A stretch of 64,000 nt of DNA from Burkholderiales bacterium. GTDB taxonomy: Bacteria > Pseudomonadota > Gammaproteobacteria > Burkholderiales > SG8-41. The notes beneath the pieces were generated by a model. The model had not been told where the DNA came from. It searched no databases and saw only the letters and a program-made list of their open reading frames with translations. The DNA is taken from the NCBI GenBank assembly GCA_046596405.1, contig JBKJMN010000021.1:750-64749 (forward strand). The letters are read 5' to 3'. Below are positions 18,078 through 29,386 of this stretch, piece after piece; within the stretch, counting starts at the first letter, position 1, and each line of letters starts with the position of its first letter. The position numbers were made by a program, and so were the translations under genes.

Positions 18078-18611
18078 ATGCGCGGTGCCGCTAGAGTATT
18101 CTTCGTGGCCGCCGCGCTGCTGCTCGCCGCGCAGGGCGCGGAGTCCAAACCACCCGACGCATGGCCGTTTGTCGAATACAACGAGGCCGTGCGTATCGCG
18201 AAACGCGCGCACAAGCCGATGTTCGTGTACTTTGGCTTTGCGGGGTGCCCATACTGCGAGATCGCGAACAAAAACACGTTCTCGTTCGATGCACTGCGCC
18301 AACGTTATACCGAGCATTACGTGCTCGCGTATTTCGATATTCGCGGCAATCCGGCCGATGTCATGACGCTGCCCGACGGCGAAAAACTCACGCGCGCCGA
18401 GGCCATTAAGCGGTTGCGGTCCGCGCCCGTGCCGGCGTGGATGTTCGTGAGCCCGGACGGCAAGGAAGTTCTCATGCGGCGCGGCTCGCGCACGCCGGTG
18501 GACGCCTTCATGCAGTTCGATCAGTATGTTGCGGGCAACGGTTATCTGCGCGGATCGTTCGCGAGTTTTCTGGCGCAACGCGGCCTGCATGAGGCGAAGC
18601 CGCCGGAATAG
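18078..18611 (+). CDS. Secreted thioredoxin-fold protein (CPYC motif)
   Basis: Signal peptide MRGAARVFFVAAALLLAAQGA. FVYFGFAGCPYCE is a thioredoxin-like CxxC context. Confidence 0.65.
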   Translation: MRGAARVFFVAAALLLAAQGAESKPPDAWPFVEYNEAVRIAKRAHKPMFVYFGFAGCPYCEIANKNTFSFDALRQRYTEHYVLAYFDIRGNPADVMTLPDGEKLTRAEAIKRLRSAPVPAWMFVSPDGKEVLMRRGSRTPVDAFMQFDQYVAGNGYLRGSFASFLAQRGLHEAKPPE

Positions 18612-18678
18612 CAGGGCGTGCCGGCCGCGCGTACTATAGTACGCTTGCCGGCTTGCCGCGCTTGATGGGCTGAAGCCG

Positions 18679-19755
18679 ATGGCTGAAATGTGGCGTGTAA
18701 TGGATACGGGCCTGCGCGGCGCGGCGCAGAACGTTGCGCTCGACCGCGCATTGCTCGAAGCCCGCCACGCCGAGGAAATTCCAAGCACGCTGCGTTTTTA
18801 CCGGTTTACGCCGGCCGTTCTGCTCGGCAGCCGCCAAAGCCCCGCGCATGAAGCCGACGTGGATTTCTGCCAAGCGGCCAATATTGCAATTCAGCGCCGC
18901 ATCAGCGGTGGCGATGCCGTTTATTGCGACCGCGAACAGCTCGGCTGGGCGCTTTATTTGCATCGACGCGACGTCGGTTTCGCCGATATGCACGCGGTCG
19001 CGCGACGCATCGGCCATGCGGTCGCCGCCGCTCTTGGCGCGCTGGGCGCTGATGCGCGTTATCGTGCGCCCCACGACATTGAAGTCGACGGCCGCCGGCT
19101 GGGTGCCGCGGGCGGCGTGCTCGAGGGCAACGCGGTGCTCTACCAAGGCCTACTGCAAGTCAATCTGGACCTGGCCACTCTGCTGCAAGCGATGCGCACG
19201 CCCGCGCCGGTGTCACGCGAGCAGGCCGTCGCCGCGGCGCGTGAACGGATGACCGATCTCAAGTCACTCCCGGGCGTAGATCCGGTGTCGTCGCGGCTCA
19301 GGGACCGGTTGATCGAGGCATTCGAAAGCGAGTTCGCGGCCGAATTCCACGACACCGACCTGTCGCTCACCGAGGACACGCGCTACCAGCATGCGCTCGC
19401 GGAAATCGACACGCCGGACTGGATAAATCTGGTCGCGGCGCCGGCCGCGCACGTGACGCTCGCCACCGGTACGTTGAAGAGCGGGGGCGGGATGCTCGAT
19501 GCGCGCGTGTTATACGACGGCGCGCGACAACGCATCAAGCAGGTGTGGTTCGCCGTCGATAGCCGGATCGAACCCGCGCGCGGGCGCGCGGATCTCGAGG
19601 CGGTCTTGCGTGATACGGCGGTCGAGCGCCTGGAGCGCAACATTGGCGGATTTTTTTCCGCGCATCCAGCCGCCCTGCCTGGACTGACGGCAGCGGATAT
19701 TGTCCTTGTACTGCGGCGGGCGTTGAAATTGCCGCTGGTCGTGCCGAACTCCTGA
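18679..19755 (+). CDS. Lipoate-protein ligase family protein (BPL/LplA/LipB domain)
   Basis: The N-terminus (WRVMDTG...NVALDRALLEA....PSTLRFYRF.P.VLLG..Q) resembles LplA. The length (358 aa) is similar to LplA. The exact start (18679 versus a nearby Met) is uncertain. Confidence 0.7.
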   Translation: MAEMWRVMDTGLRGAAQNVALDRALLEARHAEEIPSTLRFYRFTPAVLLGSRQSPAHEADVDFCQAANIAIQRRISGGDAVYCDREQLGWALYLHRRDVGFADMHAVARRIGHAVAAALGALGADARYRAPHDIEVDGRRLGAAGGVLEGNAVLYQGLLQVNLDLATLLQAMRTPAPVSREQAVAAARERMTDLKSLPGVDPVSSRLRDRLIEAFESEFAAEFHDTDLSLTEDTRYQHALAEIDTPDWINLVAAPAAHVTLATGTLKSGGGMLDARVLYDGARQRIKQVWFAVDSRIEPARGRADLEAVLRDTAVERLERNIGGFFSAHPAALPGLTAADIVLVLRRALKLPLVVPNS

Positions 19756-19783
19756 ACCGCACGATCTCCGCCCGCCGCGCGAG

Positions 19784-20383
19784 CTACGTCGCGGGAGTCA
19801 CTAACTGGCGCGCCGCGGCGTACACGCGCCGCACGCCTCGCCATACTTTCGGCAGCAGCCAGACCGTCAATAGCGCCACTGCGCCGAGCATGAAAAGCAG
19901 GGCGACCGGGTGGGCGAACGCGAACCACACGACGCCCGCGACCAGCGTATCTTCGGCGAAGGAGGCCGCCCAGTTGCTGAACGGTTCCGGCGAAGTATTG
20001 ATCAGCACGCGGCTGCCGGCCTTGGCGAAATGCGCGCCGGCAGCGAAGGTACCGCCGAGCAGCGCGGCGGCGAGCGAGAGCGCCGCGCTTTGGTCGGCCA
20101 CCGCGGCGGCCGCGAGCAATGCGCCGCCCGGTATGCGCACAAACGTCTGAAAGGTGTCCCAGATGCTGTCGAACCCCGGGATCTTGTCGGCGCCGAACTC
20201 GAACGCGAAGAGCGCGCCGGTCGTGAGCATCACCGCCGGATGCGTGAGCACCGTCAGGTCCGGCGGCAGCGCGACCATTCCGGAATAGCCGAGCGCGCCG
20301 ACGAAAAACAAGACGGCGTACAGTCTGAGGCCGCTCGCCCAGCCGAGGCCGGCCGCCAGTGCAATCGGCGTCACGAAGTCCAT
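19784..20383 (-). CDS. DUF4126-family integral membrane protein
   Basis: Polytopic hydrophobic 199-aa protein. GLGWASGLRLY and FEFGADKIPGFDSIWD motifs as I recall for DUF4126. Confidence 0.6.
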   Translation of the reverse strand: MDFVTPIALAAGLGWASGLRLYAVLFFVGALGYSGMVALPPDLTVLTHPAVMLTTGALFAFEFGADKIPGFDSIWDTFQTFVRIPGGALLAAAAVADQSAALSLAAALLGGTFAAGAHFAKAGSRVLINTSPEPFSNWAASFAEDTLVAGVVWFAFAHPVALLFMLGAVALLTVWLLPKVWRGVRRVYAAARQLVTPAT

Positions 20384-20476
20384 ATCATGCAGATTCGGTT
20401 ACGTGTGCCTCAGTGTAACCGGCGCTACGGGAGCCTGCAATCGCGGCGCGCCAGTCGGTGGCGGCGGGGATTCGCG

Positions 20477-21724
20477 CTACGTCCCGGTCACACCGATGCG
20501 CGCGTAGATTTCGCGCATATGCGCGCGCAGGCGCGGCAGTTGGCGCCACAGCACCCCCGCGCCGACCACGCAACAGGCACCGCCGATGAACAACGTATGC
20601 CCGGCGCCAATTTTATGCGCAAGTGCGCCGGCCGCCAGGCTGCCGAGCGGACTCATGCCGAGAAATGCCACCGTAAAAAAGCTCATTACGCGGCCGCGTT
20701 TTTCATCGGCGACGATGGTCTGTAAAATCATGCTGGTTCCCATGCCGACCAGGATGATGCCGAAGCCGGTCAGCATGATCGCGAACAGCGACAGCCACAG
20801 GAATTTCGATTCGCCGAACACCATCAGGCTCACGCCCGCGAGCAACGCGCCGAACACGATGTGACGAGCGAGCCCGCGCACGTCCTTGCGCGAGGCCAGA
20901 TAAACGAGCCCGCTGGAGCCGCCCAAACCGGCGGCGCCGATCAGAAAGCCAAGCATGCGCGCATCGCCCTGAAAGACTTCGGCGGCGAAGATCGGCATCA
21001 GCGCCTGATACGGGGTCGCCATGAAGCTGAGCAGCGCAACGATCGGCAGCAACAGCCTGATCGGCAGCAGACCTGCCGCATAGAGCACGCCATCCTTGAG
21101 CCCGCGCAGCACGGGCGCGCTCGCGGCCTTGGTCGCGCGCACGTCGATCTGCATCAGCACTACGATCACGATGACCGCGATTTTGCTCAGGCCGTTGGCG
21201 AGAAAGCAGAACGCTTCGCTCGATACTGCGATCAGCAGCCCGGCGATGCTGGGCCCTACCATGCGGCCGGCGTTCTGAACAAATCCGTTCATTGCAATTG
21301 CGCCGGGCAGATCGCTTCGCGAGGGCACGAGTTCGGAGACGAACGACTGGCGCACCGGCGTGTCGGTCGCCATCACGATGCCGAGCAGTACGGCCATGAC
21401 GAGTATGTGCCACACCTGGATCAAGCCCGAATAGGTGAGCAGCGCGAGCGCCATTGCCTGCACGAGCGCGAGCGCCTGGGTCGCTATCAAGAGCTTGCGG
21501 CGGTCGAAGCGATCCGCCCACAAGCCGCCGAGCGGCGCGAATATGAGGATCGGAATCTGGCTTGCGAACGCGGTGACGCCCAACAGGAATGCCGAGCCAG
21601 TCAGACGGTACACGAGCCAGCTCATCGCGACCTGCTGCACCCACGTGCCGAGCAGCGACAGTGATTGACCGAAAAAATACAGCCGGAAATTTCGGTAGCG
21701 GAACGCGCGAAGCGCGTGGATCAT
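20477..21724 (-). CDS. MFS transporter (EntS/MFS_3-like)
   Basis: About 12 predicted TM segments. N-terminal [32 protein letters not shown] and the [11 protein letters not shown] loop. The start codon overlaps the valS stop (ATGA). Confidence 0.85.
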   Translation of the reverse strand: MIHALRAFRYRNFRLYFFGQSLSLLGTWVQQVAMSWLVYRLTGSAFLLGVTAFASQIPILIFAPLGGLWADRFDRRKLLIATQALALVQAMALALLTYSGLIQVWHILVMAVLLGIVMATDTPVRQSFVSELVPSRSDLPGAIAMNGFVQNAGRMVGPSIAGLLIAVSSEAFCFLANGLSKIAVIVIVVLMQIDVRATKAASAPVLRGLKDGVLYAAGLLPIRLLLPIVALLSFMATPYQALMPIFAAEVFQGDARMLGFLIGAAGLGGSSGLVYLASRKDVRGLARHIVFGALLAGVSLMVFGESKFLWLSLFAIMLTGFGIILVGMGTSMILQTIVADEKRGRVMSFFTVAFLGMSPLGSLAAGALAHKIGAGHTLFIGGACCVVGAGVLWRQLPRLRAHMREIYARIGVTGT

Positions 21725-24700
21725 CCGAGCCGTTCTAACTGGGCGCGCAGCCTGGCGACGGTGGTTTCGAACTGCACCAGGCGCTGGCGCTCCTGGTCGA
21801 CGACCGCGGCCGGCGCGCGCGCGACGAAGTTGGCGTTGGCGAGCTTGCCCTCGGTTTTGACGATCTCGCCAGCTAGCCGCTCCATCTCCTTGCCGAGCCT
21901 CGCGCGCTCCGCGGCGACGTCGATTTCGATCTTGAGCATCAGCTTATAGTCATCGACGATAGACACCGGCGCCTCCGCGAGCGGCAGTTCGTCGACGATC
22001 GTGATCTCCGACAACCGCGCGAGCGGCGCCAGGTACGGCGCCAGGGCGCCGAGCGTCGCGCGGTTACCCTGCGCGAGCAGCGGCACTTTTTGCTGCGGTC
22101 CCAGGTTCATTTCGCTGCGCAGCGTACGGCAGGCATTGGTCAGTTGTTTCAAAAGCGCGACATGCTGTTCGGCTGGCTCATCGATGCGCCCCGGGTCGGT
22201 CTCCGGATAGGGCTGGAGCATGACGGTCGCGCCGGTTTTTCCCGCCAGCGGCGCGACCCTCTGCCACAATTCTTCGGTGATGAACGGAATGATCGGATGC
22301 GCGAGCCGCAAGGTCGCTTCCAGCACGCGCACGAGCGTGCGGCGCGTGGCGCGCTGCTGCGCCTCGGTGCCGTCCGCGATTTGCACCTTGGCGAGCTCGA
22401 CGTACCAGTCGCAATACTCTTCCCACACGAATTCATAGATCGCGCGCGCCGCGTTGTCGAACCTGTACTCGGCGAACCCTTTGGCGACTTCGGCTTCGGC
22501 ACGCTGCAGCCGGCTTGCGATCCAGCGGTCAACGGGTGAGAATTCGAGCGCCAGCGCTTCATTCAGCCCGACGTCCTTGCCATCGCAGTTCATGAGCACG
22601 AAGCGCGTCGCATTCCACAGCTTGTTGCAGAAATTGCGGTAGCCGTCGCAGCGGCCGAGATCGAAATTAAGCGTGCGCGCGAAAGTCGCGAGCGACGCGA
22701 ATGTAAACCGCAGCGCGTCGACGCCGAACGCGGGAATGCCGTCCGGATAATTCTTGCGCAGGTATTTTTCGATTTTCGCCTTGTGCTCGGCACGCAGCAG
22801 GCCGACCGTCGACTTGGCCAGCAAGGCATCGAGCGTGATGCCGTCGATGAGATCGAGCGGGTCGAGCGTGTTGCCTTTCGACTTCGACATCTTCTGGCCC
22901 TCGGCATCGCGCACGAGGGCGTTGATGTAGACGTGGCGGAACGGCACCTGCCCGGTGAAGTGCAGGGTCATCATGATCATGCGAGCGACCCAGAAGAAAA
23001 TGATGTCAAAGCCAGTGACCAGCACGGACGACGGCAGAAAAGTCTCGAGGTCGCGGGCGGGTTGGCCAGCTGAGTCCGGCCAGCCGAGCGAGGTGAAAGG
23101 CACCAGCGCGGAGGAGAACCAGGTGTCGAGCACGTCGTCGTCGCGCCGCAATGCGCCGGTATAGCCCTTGGCCGCGGCCTGCGCGCGCGCCTCGTCCGCG
23201 CTGCGCGCGACATAAATATTGCCGGCATCGTCATACCAGGCCGGAATCTGATGGCCCCACCACAGCTGGCGCGAAATGCACCAGTCCTGGATGTTCTCCA
23301 GCCACTGGTTATAGGTCGTCGTCCAGTGCTCGGGGAAGAATTTGACGTCGCCGCGGGCCACCGCATCCAGCCCGTTTTTGGCGAGCCCGTCCATTTTCAC
23401 GTACCACTGGTCGGTCAGCATCGGCTCGACGATGACGCCGGTGCGCCCCGAGCGCGGCACGCGCAGCTTGTATGGTTTTTCCGCGACCAGCAGGTCCTGC
23501 GCCGTCAAATCCGCCAGCACGCGCTGGCGTGCTTCGAAGCGATCGAGGCCGCGGTACGCTTCCGGTGCGTTGTCGTTAAGCGCGGCGGTCAGGGTTAGGA
23601 TATTGATGGGCTCCAGCTTGTGGCGCTGGCCAATTTGATAGTCGTTGAAGTCGTGCGCAGGCGTGATCTTCACGCAGCCGGTGCCGAACTCGCGATCGAC
23701 GTAGCTGTCGGCGATGACCGGTATGGTGCGTCCGGTCAGCGGCAGCTGGACCTGCTTGCCGATCAGGTGCTGGTACCGCCAGTCGTCGGGATTGACGGCG
23801 ACGGCAACGTCACCGAGCATCGTCTCCGGCCGCGTGGTCGCAACGACCAGCGAACCGCTGCCGTCGGCAAGCGGGTACTTGATCTCCCATATTTTGCCGT
23901 CTTCCTCTTCGGAGTCGACTTCCAGATCGGACACCGCGGTGCCGAGCTTGGGATCCCAGTTGACGAGGCGCTTGCCGCGGTATATCAGCCCTTCTTCGTG
24001 CAGCCGCACGAACACTTCGACGACGGCGCGCGACATCTTTTCGTCCATCGTAAAGTAACCGCTGCTCTTGCCTTCGGTGTCGGCATAGCCCCAGTTGGCG
24101 GAGGTGCCGAGCCGCCGCATCTGGCGCGTAATCGTCGAGCCCGATTCCTGCTTCCATTCCCACACGCGCTTGATGAAAGCTTCGCGGCCTAAGTCGTGGC
24201 GCGACTTGCCCTCGGCTTCGAGCTGGCGCTCGACGACGATCTGCGTCGCTATGCCGGCGTGGTCGGTGCCCACCACCCAGTTGGTGTTGTGCCCGCGCAT
24301 GCGATGGTAGCGAATCAGCGCGTCCATCAGCGTCTGCTGGAACGCATGCCCCATGTGCAAGGTGCCCGTTACATTCGGCGGCGGCAACTGTATGCAATAC
24401 GGGGGCTGCGAAGTGTCGCCGGAGTGCGCGAAATAGCCGCGGCTCTCCCATTCGGGATACCAGTGGTTTTCGATCGCATGCGGCTCGAAGCTCTTGGCGA
24501 GTTCCATCGGGGCGGGGGGCGGCGCGGAAAAGTCGCGCATTATAGCGGACGCTTCAGCGCTTTCCGGCGGTGGAACGGCGGGCGCGGGGGCCGGGCTATT
24601 CTCGGTCAAGCGCAATTGTTGCAACTGATTTTGCAGGGTTTCCTCGATCGATGCGCGCACCATCGCGTTGATGTTCGATTTGAGCTCGGCGTTGATTTTG

Positions 24701-25086
24701 TGCAGCGCCTGGTCGAGCGCGCCCGCAACTTCGGGCATAAACCGGTTTTGCAGCGCGGCAGCGATTTGCTCATCCAGCCCTTGCTTCAATCTTTGATACA
24801 CGCCGTGCTCGAGGTTTTGCGCTTGCACGCGCGAAATTATTTCACCGCGCTGCGCGGGCGGTTCGTGTTCCACCCGGGTTGCTGGCGCGTCGGTGGCTAC
24901 GATATCCGTCAGTGTCGGGATGGCGGCGGCGTCGAGATCGCCGGCGATGGATTCGACGAGCGTCGGAATCGCGCCGGAATCTGCCGCCGGCGTGCTGGCG
25001 GCGCGGTGCCGGTTGAGCAGCGCATCGGCGCGGCTCAAAACGTCGTCGGTCGCCGGATTATCGCTGCTGTCGCCCGAATTGCTCAT
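21721..25086 (-). CDS. valS: Valine--tRNA ligase with a 193-aa N-terminal extension
   Basis: The canonical ValRS core runs from MELAKSFEP (ATG 24507) and includes [22 protein letters not shown] and the C-terminal coiled coil. The same frame stays open upstream to ATG 25086, which is 14 nt after the holC stop. Confidence 0.95.
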   Translation of the reverse strand: MSNSGDSSDNPATDDVLSRADALLNRHRAASTPAADSGAIPTLVESIAGDLDAAAIPTLTDIVATDAPATRVEHEPPAQRGEIISRVQAQNLEHGVYQRLKQGLDEQIAAALQNRFMPEVAGALDQALHKINAELKSNINAMVRASIEETLQNQLQQLRLTENSPAPAPAVPPPESAEASAIMRDFSAPPPAPMELAKSFEPHAIENHWYPEWESRGYFAHSGDTSQPPYCIQLPPPNVTGTLHMGHAFQQTLMDALIRYHRMRGHNTNWVVGTDHAGIATQIVVERQLEAEGKSRHDLGREAFIKRVWEWKQESGSTITRQMRRLGTSANWGYADTEGKSSGYFTMDEKMSRAVVEVFVRLHEEGLIYRGKRLVNWDPKLGTAVSDLEVDSEEEDGKIWEIKYPLADGSGSLVVATTRPETMLGDVAVAVNPDDWRYQHLIGKQVQLPLTGRTIPVIADSYVDREFGTGCVKITPAHDFNDYQIGQRHKLEPINILTLTAALNDNAPEAYRGLDRFEARQRVLADLTAQDLLVAEKPYKLRVPRSGRTGVIVEPMLTDQWYVKMDGLAKNGLDAVARGDVKFFPEHWTTTYNQWLENIQDWCISRQLWWGHQIPAWYDDAGNIYVARSADEARAQAAAKGYTGALRRDDDVLDTWFSSALVPFTSLGWPDSAGQPARDLETFLPSSVLVTGFDIIFFWVARMIMMTLHFTGQVPFRHVYINALVRDAEGQKMSKSKGNTLDPLDLIDGITLDALLAKSTVGLLRAEHKAKIEKYLRKNYPDGIPAFGVDALRFTFASLATFARTLNFDLGRCDGYRNFCNKLWNATRFVLMNCDGKDVGLNEALALEFSPVDRWIASRLQRAEAEVAKGFAEYRFDNAARAIYEFVWEEYCDWYVELAKVQIADGTEAQQRATRRTLVRVLEATLRLAHPIIPFITEELWQRVAPLAGKTGATVMLQPYPETDPGRIDEPAEQHVALLKQLTNACRTLRSEMNLGPQQKVPLLAQGNRATLGALAPYLAPLARLSEITIVDELPLAEAPVSIVDDYKLMLKIEIDVAAERARLGKEMERLAGEIVKTEGKLANANFVARAPAAVVDQERQRLVQFETTVARLRAQLERLG

Positions 25087-25100
25087 ACGTTCACGCGCAG

Positions 25101-25529
25101 TTACTGCGCGCTCTTCGAAAGATCGTGACTCTGGATCGCGTAGCCGCGGTCGCGATAGAACTTGAAGCGCTCGCGCGCCCGGCCGCGGTCTTCCTCATCC
25201 AGGCTCACGATTTCGATCAGGCGCTGAAAACGGCTGAAAAACGGCGGCCAGTCGGCGCGCAGATTGATCAGCACGTCGTCGTGAGGGGGATTGGTCCCTT
25301 CATGGTCGATGATCACCGGCGTGACGGCCGCCAGCGGATCGCCGGCCGCGCAGTGCGGGATGAAACTGATCGGTGGCGAGGTCCACAGCAAGCGGCTGAA
25401 CTTGAGCCCCGCGTCGGCATCCGCACAGAACGCCAGCACGCGCATGCCGCGCGCGCAGGCCTTGGCGCTCAACGAGCAGGCCGTCTGCAGCTTGTTTTCG
25501 ACGTGAAAGTAAAAGTCGATCTGAGTCAT
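25101..25529 (-). CDS. holC: DNA polymerase III subunit chi
   Basis: ATG 25529 (MTQIDFYFH..). About 142 aa. Conserved pepA-holC-valS synteny as in E. coli. Confidence 0.85.
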   Translation of the reverse strand: MTQIDFYFHVENKLQTACSLSAKACARGMRVLAFCADADAGLKFSRLLWTSPPISFIPHCAAGDPLAAVTPVIIDHEGTNPPHDDVLINLRADWPPFFSRFQRLIEIVSLDEEDRGRARERFKFYRDRGYAIQSHDLSKSAQ

Positions 25530-25614
25530 ACCCAACCCCTGAAAGCACCACGGCCAGGTCCGCATGGGAACAGCAAAGGCACAGGCGTTTGCCGTCCTTC
25601 TCGCGCTTTGCAGT

Positions 25615-27102
25615 TCAAGATTCGGCGGCCCGGTTTATTAAATACTGCGTCAGCAGCGGCACCGGCCGTCCTGTGGCGCCCTTGGCAGCGCCCGATTTCC
25701 AAGCGACACCCGCGATGTCGAGGTGCGCCCATTTGAATTTTTTGGCAAAGCGCGCGAGAAAGCAGGCCGCCGTCACGCTGCCCGCCGGGCGGCCGCCGAT
25801 ATTGGCGAAGTCGGCAAAGTTGCTTTTAAGCTGCTCCTGATAATCGTCCCACAGCGGCAGGTGCCACGCGCGGTCGCGGGCGGTTTGCCCCGCCGCGAGC
25901 AATTCCTCGGCGAGCGCATCGTCGTTCGCGAACAATCCGCTGGCGACATGGCCGAGCGCGATCACGCAGGCGCCGGTAAGCGTTGCGATATCGACGACCG
26001 CTCGGGGTTGAAACCGCTCCGCATAGGTCAGCGCATCGCACAATATGAGCCGGCCTTCGGCATCGGTGTTGAGGATCTCAATGGTTTGCCCCGACATGCT
26101 GGTGACGATGTCGCCGGGCTTGGTAGCCGACCCGCTGGGCATGTTTTCGGTGGCCGGTATGATCCCGATGACGTTGAGCGGCAGCTGCAGCTCGGCGACC
26201 GCGCGCAGCGTGCCGAGCACGCTGGCGGCGCCGCACATATCGTATTTCATCTCGTCCATTTCGGACGCCGGCTTGAGAGAGATGCCGCCCGTGTCGAAAG
26301 TGACGCCTTTACCGACGAGCGCGTAAGGCTTGTCGGCGCGTTTGCCGCCGTCGTACTTGAGCACGATCAACTTGGGCGGCTCGACGCTGCCGCGCGCGAC
26401 CGACAGCAGCGACCCCATGCCGAGTTTTTCCATGTCTTTGCGCTCGAGCACCTGCACGACCAGCTTGTGCTGTTTCGCGAGATCGCGCGCGGCGCCGGCG
26501 AGGTACGCGGGCGTGCAGACGTTACCCGGCAGATTGCCGAGGTCCTTGGCGAGCGTCATGCCGTGCGCTATAGCCGCGCCCTGACGCAGCCCGGCTTCCG
26601 CAGCGGCCAATTCGCCGCGCGCCTGAACGAGCAGCGTCAACTGGCGCACCCCGCGGGCAGGCTCGCTTTTGCTTTTCATGCGGTCGAAACGATACGTCGC
26701 GTCGGTTGCTGCGATGGCTGACTGCGCGGCGCGCCACGCGAGATCGCGCTGCTTGACGCCCGCCGACAGGCATAACACCGCTTCGGTCACGCCAGTCTGC
26801 TTGAGCGCGGCGATCGCCTTACCGACCACGTCGCGGAATTTCCCCTCGTCGAAGTCGCGTTCGCGGCCGAGCCCGATGAGCATGACGCGCGCCGCGGCCA
26901 CGCGCGGCAATTGCTGCAGCATGAGCGTGGTGCCCGGCTTGCCTTCCATATCACCGCGTTTGAGCGCCGCCGAGAGCTGGCCGCGCGCTGCGCGGTCGAG
27001 CGCCGCGCCGGCGGCCGTGAGCTTGCGCGGCTCGAACACGCCGACGATGACGCAGCCGGCGCGGATGCGCTCCGGGCTGCCGCTTTTTATGCTAAATTCC
27101 AC
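25615..27102 (-). CDS. pepA: Leucyl aminopeptidase (M17)
   Basis: GTG 27102 gives (M)[11 protein letters not shown]17 motifs [16 protein letters not shown] and NTDAEGRL. Confidence 0.93.
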   Translation of the reverse strand: MEFSIKSGSPERIRAGCVIVGVFEPRKLTAAGAALDRAARGQLSAALKRGDMEGKPGTTLMLQQLPRVAAARVMLIGLGRERDFDEGKFRDVVGKAIAALKQTGVTEAVLCLSAGVKQRDLAWRAAQSAIAATDATYRFDRMKSKSEPARGVRQLTLLVQARGELAAAEAGLRQGAAIAHGMTLAKDLGNLPGNVCTPAYLAGAARDLAKQHKLVVQVLERKDMEKLGMGSLLSVARGSVEPPKLIVLKYDGGKRADKPYALVGKGVTFDTGGISLKPASEMDEMKYDMCGAASVLGTLRAVAELQLPLNVIGIIPATENMPSGSATKPGDIVTSMSGQTIEILNTDAEGRLILCDALTYAERFQPRAVVDIATLTGACVIALGHVASGLFANDDALAEELLAAGQTARDRAWHLPLWDDYQEQLKSNFADFANIGGRPAGSVTAACFLARFAKKFKWAHLDIAGVAWKSGAAKGATGRPVPLLTQYLINRAAES

Positions 27103-27194
27103 GCCGATCTCCCGAGGATAAGTGCTGCTGAAGTTGCCGCCAAGGCAATCGCTGATTATCTTCGCTATCCAGGCAAAAATCAAAGCGCCCACGC

Positions 27195-28277
27195 GTGAAA
27201 ATATTTCATAATTCCCTGGTGCGCGAATGCGCGGGCACTGCGATCGCGACCTTCGTGGTGCTGCTCGGCATCACGATCACGACTCAGCTCGTGCGCTTTC
27301 TCGGGCTGGCCGCCGGCGGCTCGATCACGTTTACCGGCGTATTTGCGCTGCTCGCGCTCACCTCGTTCAACTATCTGCCGGTGCTCTTGTCGCTCACGCT
27401 GTTCATCGCGGTGCTGATGACTTTGTCGCGCGGCTACCGCGATTCGGAAATGATTGTCTGGTTCGGCGCCGGATTGAGCCTCACGCGCTGGGTGCGGCCG
27501 GTCCTGTCGTTTGCGCTGCCGATTGTGATCCTGGTCGCGCTCTTGAGCTTTTTACTGTCGCCGTGGGCGATCACGAAAAGTGAAGAGTTCAGAACCTATA
27601 TGGACAATCGCGATGACGCGTCGCAGGTGACCCCCGGCGTTTTCCGCGAATCGAAACAAAACGAGCGGGTGTTTTTCGTCGAGAACGTCAACGAGGGCGA
27701 AAACATGGTCGCCAACGTTTTCGTGAGCTCCACGCAGCATCACAAGACAGGCGTGATGGTCGCAAAGCGTGGTTTTCTGCAGACGGCCGAGAACGGTGAC
27801 CGCTTCCTCGTGCTGCTCAACGGACGGCGTTACGAAGGCACGCCTGGCACCACGGATTACAAAATCAGCGAATTCGAGCGCTATGCGATGCGCATTGAGG
27901 CGCGCGACGCGAAGGCCTCGGCGCCGTCCGCCAAATCGCTGCCGACCGTGGCGCTGTTCAAGGACCCAACGCCGCTCAATCTGGGCGAACTCGCGTGGCG
28001 CATCGGCCTGCCATTGTCGGCGCTGATCCTGGCATTACTCGCGATCCCGCTGTCGTTCGTCAATCCGCGCGCGGGCCGGTCGCTGAATCTCGTCATGGCG
28101 ATTCTGATTTACATGATCTACAACAACGTGATCAGCATCAGCCAGGCGTGGATCGCGCAGCAGCGTTTGAGCCTGCTGCTCGGCGTGCTGGGCGTGCACG
28201 CGATCATGCTGGCATTGCTGCTGCTGCTGTTTGCGCGGCGCCTCACGCTTTTCTCGGCGGTGCGTTTCTTCAAATGA
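27195..28277 (+). CDS. lptF: LPS export ABC transporter permease LptF
   Basis: YjgP/YjgQ-family membrane protein, divergent from pepA as in E. coli. GTG start. Confidence 0.88.
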   Translation: MKIFHNSLVRECAGTAIATFVVLLGITITTQLVRFLGLAAGGSITFTGVFALLALTSFNYLPVLLSLTLFIAVLMTLSRGYRDSEMIVWFGAGLSLTRWVRPVLSFALPIVILVALLSFLLSPWAITKSEEFRTYMDNRDDASQVTPGVFRESKQNERVFFVENVNEGENMVANVFVSSTQHHKTGVMVAKRGFLQTAENGDRFLVLLNGRRYEGTPGTTDYKISEFERYAMRIEARDAKASAPSAKSLPTVALFKDPTPLNLGELAWRIGLPLSALILALLAIPLSFVNPRAGRSLNLVMAILIYMIYNNVISISQAWIAQQRLSLLLGVLGVHAIMLALLLLLFARRLTLFSAVRFFK

Positions 28278-29347
28278 AAATTATCAAGCGCTATCTGTCG
28301 GCCGAGATCACGACGTCGACTTCGCTCGTGTTCGCAGCCCTGCTGATGCTGCTCGCACTGTTCGACCTGATTCACGAATTGGGCGAGCTTGGCAAGGGCA
28401 GTTACCGGCTGATGCATATCTTTGCCTACGTGCTGTTGAGCGTGCCGGGCCATGTATACGAGCTTTTTCCGGTGGCAGCGCTGATCGGAACGCTCTTTGC
28501 GATAGCGCAACTCGTCGCCAATTCCGAATACACCGTGATGCGCGTTTCGGGCGTATCGATCCCGCGCATGGCTTTGACGCTGGTCGAGGTCGGCCTGCTC
28601 TTTTCAGTGCTGACTTTTGTGATCGGCGAATTTATCGCGCCGCCGGCGGAGCAGTTCGCGCAGCAGCTGCGGGCGAAGGCGATCACCGGCGTGATCGCGC
28701 AGGAGTTTCGCTCCGGGCTGTGGGTCAAGGATGACCGCAATTTCGTCAACGTCGCGCAAGTGTTGCCGGAGTCGGTGCTGGTGGGGATCAGGATTTACGA
28801 GTTCGACGCCGATCACCGGCTGCGTCGCATCAGCCTGGCGCAACGCGCCGAATACCAGCAAAACAACCAATGGCGTCTGCGCGACGTGGAACAGACGAAT
28901 TTCGACGACACTTCAACCACTGTCAGCCGCATGGCCGAGGCCGAATGGCGGTCGGTGCTCGAGCCCGGATTGCTGAGCGTGCTGCTGCTGGTGCCGGAGC
29001 AGATGTCGGCGTGGGCACTTCATTCGTACGTGCAGCATTTGCGCGAGAACAATCAGCAGACCTCGCGCCATGAGATCGCGTTCTGGAACAAGCTGATCTA
29101 CCCGTTCGCTGTACTCGTGATGATGGTGCTCGCGCTGCCGTTCGCGTATTACCAGCAGCGCGCCGGCGGGGTCGGCGGCAAAGTGTTTGCCGGGATCATG
29201 CTCGGCATAGGTTTCTGGATGCTCGGGCGCCTGTTCACGTTCCTGGGCCTGCTGCGCGACTGGCCGCCGTTCTGGAGCGCGATTCTGCCGACGCTGATGT
29301 TCCTGAGCCTTGCCATGGTGATGATGTGGTGGGGCGAGCGAAGGTAA
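28274..29347 (+). CDS. lptG: LPS export ABC transporter permease LptG
   Basis: ATG 28274 ([12 protein letters not shown]..) overlaps the lptF stop (ATGA). YjgP/YjgQ family. Confidence 0.88.
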   Translation: MKIIKRYLSAEITTSTSLVFAALLMLLALFDLIHELGELGKGSYRLMHIFAYVLLSVPGHVYELFPVAALIGTLFAIAQLVANSEYTVMRVSGVSIPRMALTLVEVGLLFSVLTFVIGEFIAPPAEQFAQQLRAKAITGVIAQEFRSGLWVKDDRNFVNVAQVLPESVLVGIRIYEFDADHRLRRISLAQRAEYQQNNQWRLRDVEQTNFDDTSTTVSRMAEAEWRSVLEPGLLSVLLLVPEQMSAWALHSYVQHLRENNQQTSRHEIAFWNKLIYPFAVLVMMVLALPFAYYQQRAGGVGGKVFAGIMLGIGFWMLGRLFTFLGLLRDWPPFWSAILPTLMFLSLAMVMMWWGERR

Positions 29348-29386
29348 GTAAGGCGAAAGGCTGAATAAATTCGGGGCCGGGCCGAT

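Noticed and set aside
20703-21664. 313-aa (minus) and 267-aa (plus, 20861-21664) ORFs
   Set aside because: Both lie within or antisense to the MFS transporter gene in other frames. They are extremely Arg-rich shadow ORFs.
24196-25128. 310-aa plus-strand ORF
   Set aside because: It is antisense to valS and is a shadow ORF.
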